Positions 13,900 through 26,570 of a stretch of 64,000 nucleotides of DNA are shown one piece after another. The position numbers and the translations under genes are program-made. Source of the stretch: Eledone cirrhosa (Eukaryota). How positions within the stretch are numbered: position 1 is the stretch's first letter; every line of letters starts with the position of its first letter. The DNA is taken from assembly GCA_964016885.1 (NCBI GenBank), contig OZ024742.1:76384001-76448000 (forward strand), written 5' to 3'. Below the pieces are notes generated by a model. That model made no database searches, was not told the origin of the DNA, and saw only the letters and a program-made list of their open reading frames with translations.

Positions 13900-14184
13900 T
13901 ATATAAAACTTCAATAACTTTGATCGGTTTTGGCCAGTATTGGTCCAGGCCATGTCTTACCACCTATCTGTCTGTGTGTATGTAGTAAATTCCATAAAAA
14001 ACACCAAATCCTACTTGAGAACCATTGTCTCAACAAAATAGGATTTTCAACTCGTGTTTGATTATAGTGAGAATGGAAATATTTTTGAGCTGGATGGATT
14101 CTGCGCATAAGAGTCCAGTTTACATTTCCGTAACAAGGGAGTAACGATAATTATATACTTGTGGGGAGATAACCTTTGAATAAA

Positions 14185-14480
14185 CATGAAGTTAAAATCA
14201 TCCATGAGAAATATGTGATCTCTTTTTGGTATCTCATCCATAATGACCTGTATGCTATCATAAAGCTCATTGTTATCTTCTTCTTGATGCGTAGATCCGT
14301 AGATGCTGGAAAATAGCACTGACCAAGTACAAGTTTACAAAACGCACTCTTGAATCTCAGAACGGCTAGTCTGTCCGATAAATGTTTTATAGTCGTGCAC
14401 TATTTTTTTTAAATAAGAAACCTACTCGACTTATGCGACGAGTTTCATTCTTCACAGATAAAGATAGTGTCCGGTACCTT
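14185..14480 (-). pseudogene. Degenerate AP-endonuclease fragment of a LINE (RTE/CR1-like)
   Basis: SIYGST...ELYDSIQVIMDEIPKRDHIFLMDDFN resembles the YAPT...FY..L...IPK.D....GDFN motif. Confidence 0.6.
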
Positions 14481-15195
14481 GGTTTTGTTTTTCTTTGATT
14501 TAGTCTCTGATAGTCCGTTAATATTCTAGTTTCCTTTCTCAAGTGAATAAAGCATTGTCTCAAACGGGTTGATATTAAGATAGTTGATATTACAAGTGTT
14601 GTATGTGCAGGTATTGATGGTCCTTTTCTTTGTGTGTTTCTTCTGTTTGCCTGAATCAAACCATACCAAGGCTGCCGGTCTGATCCCCTGGTTGTAGCTG
14701 TCGCATCAGTCCGTGGCTGCTGATGTACCCACCTGGTCCCGACGTGTTAGTAAAATTTGTTAATTAATTATTGACGTAATAAACAATAAATGTGTGTATT
14801 TATGTACGATCGTAATAATGCGTTCATGTATATGGGTCGGTGGGTGTTCGGGCTAGTTCATAAGGGTTGGTGTGAGTGTGGTCTATTAGTATAGTTGATT
14901 AGTTAATCATTAACGTTAGTAGGTTAAATGTATTGGTGTAAATCATTAATTAGTTGCGTTGATGTGTGTGTTTTCATATATATGTGTGTTAATGTGTTTC
15001 GGTGGGCGTGTGAGTGATTGTATTTGGGAAGTTGTAATGTGCGTGTCTTAGTATGAGTGTGGATGGGAGTTGAACGATGGGGAAGGCTAGAGGAAAAAAG
15101 AGTGAGGAATTAAGGCCGCCCCTACTCAAGGTTTAGAGAGAAAATAAAATCTGCCGCCCTCTTCATAAGTGTGAGCTCAGCGGTCCGGAGCAAGG

Positions 15196-15361
15196 AATGA
15201 GACCGAAAACAGTGACGTGGTGGGTGGAGATGTCGGCGGCCAGAGATAGTTGCCGATTCGGATATCCCGGAAATACGCGAGAAAACTGTTTGCAAGTCTA
15301 CGAGCATTTTATCCAGTATAGACGACCTTGCATAGCGTGCAACAGAGCCCGTAGTGAAGAC
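15196..15361. repeat. 166-bp segment duplicated at 16405-16590
   Basis: aatgagaccgaaaac...gtagtgaagac is present at both sites. The second copy has an internal 20-bp duplication. Confidence 0.9.
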
Positions 15362-17040
15362 TGGAGGAGGTACAGAGGAATGAGTGCTAGACTCGGAAGT
15401 TTGGGCCGTTGTGTCCTGAGAGTGTGTTTGTGTAAGCGATAAGGTAGCATGTGTGTTAGCGGGATCCAGAGCAAGAGTTGGAACGGGGAAAGTGTTGGAG
15501 TGAAGAATGCAGCTGCGGATGAGAAGAATCCGAAGGTTGCGCGCGTGTTTGAAAGTGTAGGGGATATGGTGGAGGTGGAGGGGTTTGACTAGAGATGGCT
15601 GAAGAGCTGGGGGATCGTACTCTGGAGGGTCAAGTTGAGAGGTGACAAGTAAGGTGGAATGGGAGTCGATAGTGGGGGCGAAAGCGTGGTATGTCGGTGA
15701 CTTCGGAGGTGCAGGTGAGGGCAGTTTGTCAGAAGCATTGTCTAAAATACAGCATTGTCTGAAATACCTTGCGTTATATTTCGCGGTTCTTCATAATGTT
15801 TGGTTTAATATTCAGCAGATATCGACTTTGAATTTCAGTCCGATGTCGAGAAAATATGATACCATACATGTAAAGTGGCCTGTATGCAATCCATTAGAAT
15901 AAATCAGTAGCAACCTAGAACACAGTTAGTCCTCAAGCTCTATCAGCAACTGAAATGACAGTCCCCTCGTAACTAGTGGTGTGGAGCACACAACTCCCAC
16001 ATTAACAACATATTATTATCCTGCATTATTCCTAAATATACACATAGTAATGTTCACAAACACATTCAAGCAGTTATTCTCTTGAAGTTTAAAAAAATCC
16101 CCCCCCCCCCCCACACACACACAAAAATATATATATACATACATATATACTCAAATTTCGAAAGTAGAATAATCCAGTGAAGTAACTGATAAACAAACTA
16201 GAATAAATATGCATATAATAGAATTTAAATGTTGCTAAACATACGTGGGTTTATCCAAATCGATCACCATTTCGTAGCTGTGTGCCTAGTAGTGTACGAT
16301 AGATACCCCAATATCGTACCAGTAGTGTACGATAAATACCCCAATATTTGACCCTGCGATGTAATTTCATAACTGCTGATCCCTCATCAATGATCTACAA
16401 TAAAAATGAGACCGAAAACAGTGACGTGGTGGGTGGAGATGTCGGCGGCCAGAGATAGTTGCCGATTCGGATATCCCGGAAATACGCGAGAAAACTGTTT
16501 GCAAGTCTACGAGCATTTTATCCAGTATAGACGACCTTTATCCAGTATAGACGACCTTGCATAGCGTGCAACAGAGCCCGTAGTGAAGACAATTATAGCC
16601 CACTGCATATCCAGTCACGAATTCTTGTCAAGCAATATCACGTAAAGTTTACTTATGAATACCATAGCTATTGGCTGCTCACGCAAACAGCTATTCCCAA
16701 GAAGTCTTTTTAAAACTTAATACTTGTTGAAATGATATATTATTTTTACGTCTTCGAAAATGAACTAAAATACAAAAACAATCAAACCAAACGAAAAGAA
16801 CTGGTTCCGACAAATAGGAGTATAATTCTTTCGTTGTATTAACTATAAATTTCTGGAATATGGTCGAAAAATAAAGCAATATAACAACAGAAACAACAAT
16901 AGTTTCCTGTTTTCCTTCTAAATGACACAATGCATAAGAAATAATTCTTCGTATAACATTAAACTACCACACCAAGGTGTGATTAAATTAAATGTTTGCT
17001 TTTGGGGAGTAGCACTATTGTGTGAATGAATATTTCTCTC

Positions 17041-17132
<92 letters not shown>

Positions 17133-17189
17133 GCATATATACATATATACATATATAATATACACACACATACACACATATATATATAT

Positions 17190-17238
<49 letters not shown>

Positions 17239-18659
17239 TAATAATAACAATATATATATATACACATATATATTTGTGTGTGTGCGTGTGTGAGTGTATG
17301 TGTATGTCTGGGTGTTGCTGCGTGTGTGTATTTTTATTTTTAAATACACACAATTTCTTTAGTCAAACAAAAAAAAATAATATTCCTAATTTTTCTTTCG
17401 TTGAATGCAGTGGAGGAAAATTAATTCAGAATTATTTCTACTGAAACTATTGATGAAAACAAAGTAAAATAAACGAAATTGAAATCAACAATACAGAAAT
17501 GTGTTGCACGTAATTTTTGGATATTAAAATTCTGCCTGGTAGTTCCAGACGAAAAGAAGAAAATTACACGTATTATGGAAATTACAATAATTCCCCAACA
17601 TTTCCTGTAACACAAGGAAAGGACAGAATATAATTTCGTTTTCCTATTTATTGATTTTTATACTATGCATCTAAAAAGTGTAGGTATATATGCGAAATAA
17701 TCATTAACAAAACTTTATTTTCCTTCGGAATGGCACATAGGATACGTAAACATAATGCTATGGTAATAAATGATTTATGATATTTCACCGATCTTGGTGT
17801 CCGGTTCAAATATTACTGCCGTAAACTTTAATTTTCAAAACAGTGTGGGCATTAAATTAATATCCGTTATATAACACACTTAGCCAGTCCGACATATATT
17901 TCAGTCTACATTTTCCGTTTACACAATATTTTGTGCTCATATTCGTAAACCTGTATTTCAAAGCATTCGATCAAGTTTTTATTTTTTAATATAAAATAAT
18001 ACAATCGAAATTTAAAAACAAAATACTATACTAGTATCATTTTAGTGTTTACTCCAATAAACCTTAACGTACCAAATCGAAGTAAATTTAAAGCCTAAAT
18101 ATAACAGGTTTCGTCTAAGAATATGCATTTAATAATTCTAACAATACCCCTAAATATTAGGTGATACGTTAAAGCATCAGACTAAATGACTTGCCTACTC
18201 CATTTATGCCTTAAATGACTAATTGACTTGCGTAACTTCTTTTTGACTTCAAATCGTGCCGATCTATACATTGCTTTTAATATTTACGGAGCGTATAGGT
18301 ATAATGCCTATCAAGGATGTATCGGGGGAATCACTAGATTCTTTGGATAAGTTTATGCCTTTTGAGTTCAAATCATGCTTACTGATATAACAGCCTTGGG
18401 ACAATATCTTTAAAAAATTCCAATGACAATTCATATGAGATCCAGAATTATAGGTGTGCCGCGAAAACATTGCATAACTTACCTTTCACAGAAACCCATA
18501 TAATGCTCTAGGGCACTCGTAGAATTTATGGGAAAAAAGCAGAGGCAGTTGCCCATTACGATTCAGAGTGTAAGTAGTAATCCCAGAATTATTTTTAAAA
18601 AGGCAGACATAATGCTGTGGCTTTTATGATGCACAGGCGTTTCTATAAATAGTATGGAT

Positions 18660-20030
18660 TTCTATGTGCAGGGAAAGGCTATGAACATGGTGTCACAAAT
18701 GCAATGAGAGTGCTAGAGAACGATGAGGTAAAGCTCTTATGAGACTTACCAGTTCAGACCAATGAGCATATTGAACACAAAAGGTAACAGCAGATATTGC
18801 GAAGAAGGTGAAAGCAGTACGTTCATAGATGTAGCGAGTCCAATAATAAGATAATTAACATCAATATCCTAGTGATCCCAATAGAAAGCTACAGTTTTAC
18901 TATTCTGAACTATACACAGAAAGAACTAGCTAGAATGGATAGAAAACAAGAAAATTAATGACAGCATTTAGAGTACATCATCCAAAATGTGATGTCGGAA
19001 AATTATACGTACCACGAATTCACGGAAAAAGAGGCATTATGTAACCAGAAAACTGTTATAAAAGAACTACTCTTGGACTACACAAATATCTAATGAAGAA
19101 CAAAGAACATTAATAAAAAATAGTTACAAAATATGAATAAAACAAAATAATTATACTCAGTCTTCAAGGAGGCCATTAAATTAAAACCACCGGACGCCAT
19201 GTTAAAACGATTGCAAAGAAAATCCTTACATGTTCAATGCATGTAAAGGTTGAATAGAAAGGAAGTAGATCCGCAAAGTAGATAAAACTGGTTACGATGA
19301 ACTGGACTAAAAGCCGAGACGGAAGGAATTCTAGTTGTAATACAAGACAAAGGCATGCACACCAGATATCAGCAAAAGTACATAATGAAGCAGAACACAG
19401 TAAATAATTGTAGAATATGTAGTCGTAAGGAAGAAACAATAAACCATATTATCTCTGGCTGCACAGTCTTAGCCAAAAAGGAATAGATCCACAGACATGA
19501 TAGCGTAGACACTTACATACACTGGAAATTATGCCAACCTTATGAAATACCAACAGAAAAAGGATGGTAGAGAAATACACACGAAAGGCACCAGAGATTG
19601 ATAAAACAGCCAATCTCTGGGATATACCAATATATACAGAGATCGAAATGAATACCAACCGGCCAGATATTATAGTCAAATAGTACAAAGAAAGAAAACT
19701 CTCTTCTAATTGATGTATGAATCCCAGCTAACGACAATATATCTACCAAGATAAAGGAGAAACTATCCAAAAATAAATATGTAGCGATAGAAATAACCCC
19801 AAAGTAGATGATGTATACAGGAAAAATAATTGTAATAAGTGCTCTAGTAATGATAAAAAGAAAAACAGACAGACAGATTCGCAACATAAACTCTAGGACT
19901 TACACATATATACCGCATACACAAAATTGAGCACCGCACACTTTATGAAGAGTACTCTCAGGACGAGAGAAACAACACCACCAAAAACCACACAGTATAT
20001 ACCCAAGGTGTACAGAACTGCGCAGGGTAA
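18660..20030 (+). pseudogene. Old, heavily decayed R4/Dong-like remnants (two RT/RLE 3' fragments)
   Basis: Residual VLENDEVKLL.D..VQT; ELARMDRK..KLMT...HHPKCDV..LYVPR; C...EETINHIISGC..LA; NRPDIIV; STAHF. It ends in (AAT)n. Confidence 0.75.
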
Positions 20031-20035
20031 TGTAG

Positions 20036-20052
20036 TAATAATTATAATGATG

Positions 20053-20098
<46 letters not shown>
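20036..20098. repeat. (AAT)n spacer, left edge of the retrotransposon array
   Basis: Seen directly. Further (AAT)n spacers at 23256-23339, 26521-26570, 30370-30394, 33807-33872, 39762-39800, 43014-43028, 44757-44789 and 50697-50718. Confidence 0.95.
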
Positions 20099-23000
20099 GG
20101 AGGAACTGAGCAGAGAGAATGGCTTGGAGATGGCGAGTGTAGTATGCCAGACAAGCGAGCCGGTGGGAAATGAAGGTGAGGAGGTCCTGAGAACCGAGGA
20201 ACCACCCGAAGCAGACAATGATCTGAGTACAATGATCTGGTATAAATAATACCTGGAACAGAGATACGGCCACTGAGGAGATGAATGCTGACGGGCTAGG
20301 GCAAGATTCGGTTGACATCCTAAATTTAGTGGTAGATGAATTGAACAATGATAGTGGGAGACCTATGAACCTAAGATTTGTAGACAGGAAAAAGTTAAAA
20401 GAAACAACAGCTAAGGTAAACAAAGTCATCCCATACCTTGAGGCGAGGAGCCTTCACCAGTGCAACAATATCCTCAGAGCAACAGCAAATACGGTGAGGA
20501 AACTACTTGGTATAAAAGCGATAGGAAACAACAGACAAGAAAGAGCAGAGCCGTGGTGGAAGAAGCGACTGAGTGGGCAAATCGGGGAAATGAGAAATGA
20601 CATAGGAAAGCTTGAGTCACTACTGAACGGGACACTAAAAAACATAGGCACTAAAAATAGACTGGAAATAAAATACAAAACTAGAAGTAAAAAGCTAAAT
20701 ATTATCATAGAGGAATTGAAGCAACGCATTGTAGCAAAGAGTGCAAAAATCAGGCGATACGAGAACAGAGTCAGTCAGTATAAACAGAACCGCATGTTCG
20801 ACAACAACCAGAAGATGCTGTTTGGACAGCTTGAGGGCAAAGAAAGAGGCAACGACTTGATCCCTGGGGCGGAGCAAACTAAAACATTCTGGAGAGGAAT
20901 ATGGGAGCAGGATGTTAGACACAATGCCCAGGCAGGGTGGATTGAGACAGTACAGAGGGAGTTCGGTGAGCAGGCACAGCAACAGACTGATTTGAGTATC
21001 ACAGTTGAAACTCTTAAGGGACAAGCCAAAAAACTAACCAACTGGAAATCGCCAGGCCCAGATGGTGTGCAGGGGTATTGGATTAAACATCTAACATCCC
21101 TCCACCCGAAGCTGACGGCCATGTTCAATGACTGCTAGGTGTCGGGTGAGGTGCCAGAGTGGTTGACAAAAGGTACCACAGTTCTGATAATGAAAGACCG
21201 AATCAAGGGTAATGATGCTACCAACTATAGACCTATCACATGTCTGCCCGTAATGTGGAAACTGTTGACGAGCATTGTGTCTGAGGAAATCTACCATCAC
21301 CTCCACACAAACAACTTGTTACCGGACGAACAGAAAGGATGCCGAAAGAAGTCACGTGGTACAAAGGACCAGTTGCTTATTGATAAGATGGTAATGGGGA
21401 ATTGCAGGAGGAGACACACTGATCTTGCCATGGGATGGATAGACTACAGAAAGGCATTTGACATGGTGCCTCATTCCTGGATCACCAAAAGCCTGGAGAT
21501 CTTCAGGGTGGCGGATAACATCAGACAGTTGCTAGGCAGGAGTATGGGGTCCTGGGAGACAGAGTTGACATCAACTGGAGTATCTTTGGGAAGCGTGAAG
21601 ATCAAGAGAGGTATCTTCCAGGGAGATAGCCTGTCCCCTCTGTTGTTTGTCCTTGCCCTGATGCCCTTGACGATTATGCTGCGAAAAGTGAGAGCAGGAT
21701 ACACGTTGGGAAGGGGAGAGCTTACCATCAATCACCTCCTCTTCATGGACGATCTTAAGCTCTTCGGGAAAAGTGAGAAGGAGTTGGATGTGCTTGTTGA
21801 CACTGTCCGTATTTTCAGCAGTGATATATGTATGCAGTTTGGTATTGGTAAATGTGGAGTCATTGTGATGAAGAGGGGTAGGTTGAGCAGAAGTAACGGG
21901 ATCCAGATACCAACAGGTGAGATGATAAAGGAAATTGACTCTGAGGAAGGATACAAGTATTTGGGCGTTCTGGAGGCTGATGGCATAAAGAACAAAAAAA
22001 TGAAGGAATTGTTAAGAACTGAATACATTCGGAGAGTAAGGAGCGTATTGAAGTCACATCTGAACAGCAGAAATGCCATAAGCGCAGTAAATTCCCGAGC
22101 TGTGTCTATTATTAGGTACAGTGCGGGAATTCTGAGATGGAATGTTGCTGAACAGAAAGAAATGGATAGGAAGACTAGGAAGTTATTGACTATCTACAAC
22201 ATGTTCCACAAGAGGAGTGATGTCGATAGACTCTACCTAAGGAGATCTGAGGGTGGAAGAGGTCTTATCAGCATAGAGGACTGTGTTCAGATGGAGAAAA
22301 ACAACCTATACAAATACGTGACCTATAGTAAGGAGCCAATGCTCAGAGCTGTACTGAAGGAGGGGACAGTAGGCCAGGGGATGTCCAGGGAGGAAATAAC
22401 ATCAAGGAGGAAGAGCAGCCTTAAGGTAAAACCCCTTCATAGTACCTTCTTTGAGAAAACTGAATTTAGAGATCCACAGACATGGAACTGGTTGAGAAGA
22501 GGAGACCTCAAAAAGGCTACAGAAGGAATGCTAATGGCTGCGCAGGAGCAGGCCCTCAAAACGAAGTGGTTGAAGCAACATATCTACAAGGAGGAGGCTA
22601 GCCCACTGTGCAGGATCTGTGGAGAGAGAGAGGAGACTGTGGCTCACATTGTGTCCGAGTGTAAACACCTAGCCCAGACCCACTATAAGGGCTGGAGACA
22701 CGATGTGATGGGCAGGGTGATCCACTGGCACCTGTGCAAAGTAAACAATCTACCACATTCTGAGAAATGGTATGAGCATAGGCCAGAGGCGGTGATGGAG
22801 AACAATCAGGTGAAGGTGCTGTGGGATTTTAGGATACAGACGGACAAAAAACTGGAACACAATAGACCTGACCTGGTGGTTGTGGACAAAGAAAAAAGAT
22901 CGTGCCTGATTGTGGATATAGCCTGCCCGTTCGACACGAGAGTGCAAGAGAAGGAGAGGGAGAAAATTAACCGATACCAGGACCTAAAGTGGGAGGTGAA

Positions 23001-23255
23001 AAGGATTTGGAACTGCCATGAAGTCAAAGTGATCCCGATTGTCATAGGCGCACTGGGGACTATCTCCAAAAGTTTCCAGGGATGGTTAAAGAAAATCGGC
23101 CCCTTCACGCTTTTTGGAACGCTTCAAAAGGCATGCTTGCTTGGAACAGCAAGAACCCTCCGATACGTCCTGAATATCTGAGGCTGCAGGTAATGGCTTG
23201 ATATTCAATCCAACGGACTTTCCAGTTAACCAACATCAATGACTGAGATTCAAGG
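20099..23255 (+). mobile_element. R4/Dong-like non-LTR retrotransposon, family A, copy 1 (5'-truncated)
   Basis: Flanked by (AAT)n. Single RT-RLE ORF. Starts at the position matching ~30765 of copy 2. Confidence 0.92.
20281..23181 (+). pseudogene. RT + CCHC + PD-(D/E)xK restriction-like endonuclease ORF with one premature TAG (21136-21138)
   Basis: [38 protein letters not shown]...H...C, RHD, RPD..VD...K..Y. Copy 2 has TTG at the stop position. Confidence 0.92.
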
Positions 23256-23267
23256 AATAACAATAAC

Positions 23268-23339
<72 letters not shown>

Positions 23340-23340
<1 letters not shown>

Positions 23341-26300
23341 CTTTCTTTATTAACCACAAGGGTTTACATAAAGTAGACATTAAGGACAGTACAGGACAAT
23401 ACAGGACGGTACAAATGGGCATTTCTGCGTGTAAAAAACAAGAAACAGAGGATGTAATAGTAGAGCAATGAAAAAATTCCCCAATAGGGGACATTCCGAG
23501 GTACATTCGTGGAGAAAGCCCATTAAAAAGCCACAGTGACCCTGACCACCAGGGCAAGTATCCTCTCCCAGTTTTCCACCTTTAATTTACAGACACATAC
23601 TCAGAGTAGGCCCATTCACTAGTTTTCCCTCTGCTCTATTTTTCTCTATTGCTAAAGCCTTACTAAACCTAATGGACTCTATTCTAATTGCTCTTTTCAG
23701 AGCAAACAACCACTTGTTGTTGACGATGGACCCGTCAACGCCCGCTTAACTAGTTCGCTAATCCAGTCTCTGTAGGCCTTGCGCGCTGGTAAGGACGCGT
23801 TTAGCTTCCAGTAGCCGGGTCCTCGTCTATGATACCTATCTAAGTCAAGCACACAGATCACGAATTTGTGGTCCGTGTAGCTGACTATCTTGAATTGTCA
23901 ACAGCCTATGCTAGACCTATCTATTTCCCTACAAAATACTCTATCTAGATATGATCTGGATGACCCCATGCGATTTGTCCAAGTCCACATTGGTACATTC
24001 GGGAAATCCAATCGGTACCTGTCAGACAGTTCAAAACGCCTGCGCGGGTCGGTGAGACTCTTGCACCCTCCTTCCCTATCCACTAATCCCACACAATCCC
24101 AGCGTGCATCTAAGATCCCGTTCCAGTCGCCCACTAACACTAAAGAGCGCGACGTTCCAAGAAAGGTCTCTAGACGCCGGAAGAAATCAGGCCGCCCTGC
24201 TCCTGTCGGGGCATAGACGTCCAGTAACCTGAAAGCTTGCCCGTCTCCGCTGGTCACGTCCAGCAGCACCAACTTACCCTTTGGGTTCAGGAAGATGGCC
24301 CGTATGGCAAGATCGAAACCTCTCCGAAAAAGCACAGCAACTCCTCCCCCCGATCCCGGACGGCTGGGAGATGCGTACACATCGTAGCCGCCGAAGATGG
24401 CCACTACATCTATGTTTAGTGACCTGAGGTCGTTGAGCATGTGGCCCTGCTTCCTTGACGACCCCAAGCCACGCGAATTTATGCTACCTATTCTGAGTGA
24501 GGTCATGTTGAAAAGGAGTGGACAAGATGGGAAAGACCACTTACCTTACTTCTCGTAGAGGAAGGACGGTTTTTCCATCCTTTTCACTGCTTGTGGCCTC
24601 CTCAGGAAGGATGTACTTATAAATCCTCCTTGAGAGTGCTTGTCGGAAGTCTCCGATGTCTTTGGTGAATTTTTGTTTTAGTGTCATGTACGTTTTCTGT
24701 GTGATGCGAATGATTTGTATGTGTGGAAGTGGTGTGAATTTTGGGTTGTTGTGTAGTCTTTTTCTGTGATGCTGGTGTTGTGTTGGATGTAGTGTAATAA
24801 TTGCTTGTTGTTCAAATTTAATGCTGTGTAGTGTGTATCGTTTTGGTTGTTTTGTTTTGTTTGCGTTTGTTGTGGGGTTGTTTCTGTTTCTCATTTTGGT
24901 AACTTTTGTGGTGTAGGTGATGGTGAGGTTGGGGTTAATGATGGTGATGGTGTTGGTGTTTGGGGTGATGGGGTTGGTGATGCTGGTGTGGATGGTGGCA
25001 TATCTGTCCTAATTTTTTTGTTTGTTAATTTATTTGTTTCCCTCTGTATTTTGTTTTTGGAGGGGGAAGGAAGACAATTTTTTCTTTTTTGGTTTCTTTT
25101 TTTTTCCTGATACCGTTTCCCACTCCTTGTCGTCACAATCTGTCTCCAGTTGTGATAGGCCGGGGAGTGGAAAATCCTCTACAGGCGTTAGTTTTGGTTG
25201 TGGCGTGGTTGATGGTTTAGGCGCTGGTGCTAGTTCTGAAGTGTTGGGTGGTGGTGGTGTTGGTTTTGCTACTGTTGCTGGGGTTGTTGCTGTTATAGTG
25301 GCTTCTGGTGTTGCTGATATAGTTGTTGCTGCCATCTCTGCTACTGGTGGTGTTGATGGTTGAGTCACTGGGGTGGGTAGGAGAGGTGGCCTCAACCTTT
25401 TAGCCTGAGGGCAGAAAGCCCTTAGGTGGGTTCCTTCACCACAAACGACACACCTAGGCCTTCTGCCCTCGACAATTACGTTGAGGTGGCTGCAGTCAGT
25501 GACGTCTATTATCTCTGGGATCTCCTCAATGCTTTTTTGGTCCGCTTGGATCAGGAGCTCCATCCCAGATCCGGACCAGTTCTCCTGCTTTTCTTTTGCT
25601 ATTGCTATTATCTTTGTGTTGGCTTCGATGCCGGCGAGGACGACCGCTATTAGCCAAGGAATTTCGATGGCCGGTGGAACGTGGGTCACCCTGATCCTTA
25701 CGAGTCTCTGGCCACAATAGCTTGGGATGAGTGTGAAGTCGTCACTTCTTACTGGGGCCATGGAGTGTTCTCTAGCCTCCTCTGGTGTTTCAAAGAACAT
25801 GTCCACGGTTCTATACTTCTGCCCACGTCTGATGTGGGTTTTTCTTGCCCATACATGTCCCAAAGCTTCTTGGATTTGGGACTCGGATGCCCGTTCCACT
25901 CGGCGCGATTTTACATTAATTGTTCGATACGACACGGTGCATAGGCGCCGATGCTCAATTTTATTAGGTGTGGGTTGAGGCTGACCCTGTACCCATCTTT
26001 CTTTACCATTTTTTTGGCATTTTCTAATTCCTCCTGAGTTACCGTAAATGCTTCGCACTGTTTTGCTACTCTGGCAAAACTCAGGTTGGTTTTTTTAATG
26101 TCATTGTTGCTGTTGTTGTTATCGTTATTTTTGTTATTATTAATTTTAGTTTCAGTTGTGGTTTTGGTGACGTCAGTCGTGTTTGGTAATGGCGGGAAAT
26201 GAATGTCTGCCTGAGACAAATTTAAAATATTGCTACTTCAATGGTGGTGTCGGTGTGAGGTGTTAATTTGTGAGGAAGGCTTTCAACTGTTTGGTTCAGA

Positions 26301-26520
26301 GGTGAATTAGCCATTTTTTTCAAAGAAATTTTTTGATAATCAGAAAAGTTTAAATTTTGGGCACAAGGCCCCAATCTTTTTGGGTGTCCTTTTCGGAAAA
26401 CAATGTATGTGCGCTTATATATAGTTAACAAAAAAATGTTTCCATAAATGGCAATTTTTCACAAACGGAAATAACAAACCTTTGCGGGGCTCACAATGAT
26501 ACGATTTACAGTAGGTCGCC
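23340..26520 (-). mobile_element. Tx1/L1-like element, subfamily B, copy 1 (about 2.45 kb of ORF2 deleted)
   Basis: ORF1 fragments over 24541-26314 with the zinc knuckle CVVCGEGTHLRAFC. APE from 24506 is fused at ~23620 to the ORF2 end and 3'UTR. Confidence 0.9.
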
Positions 26521-26561
<41 letters not shown>

Positions 26562-26570
26562 TAATAATAA

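Noticed and set aside
14730-15730. GC-richer block, possibly a decayed LINE RT C-terminus on the minus strand
   Set aside because: Only vague motif resemblance; the family could not be supported.
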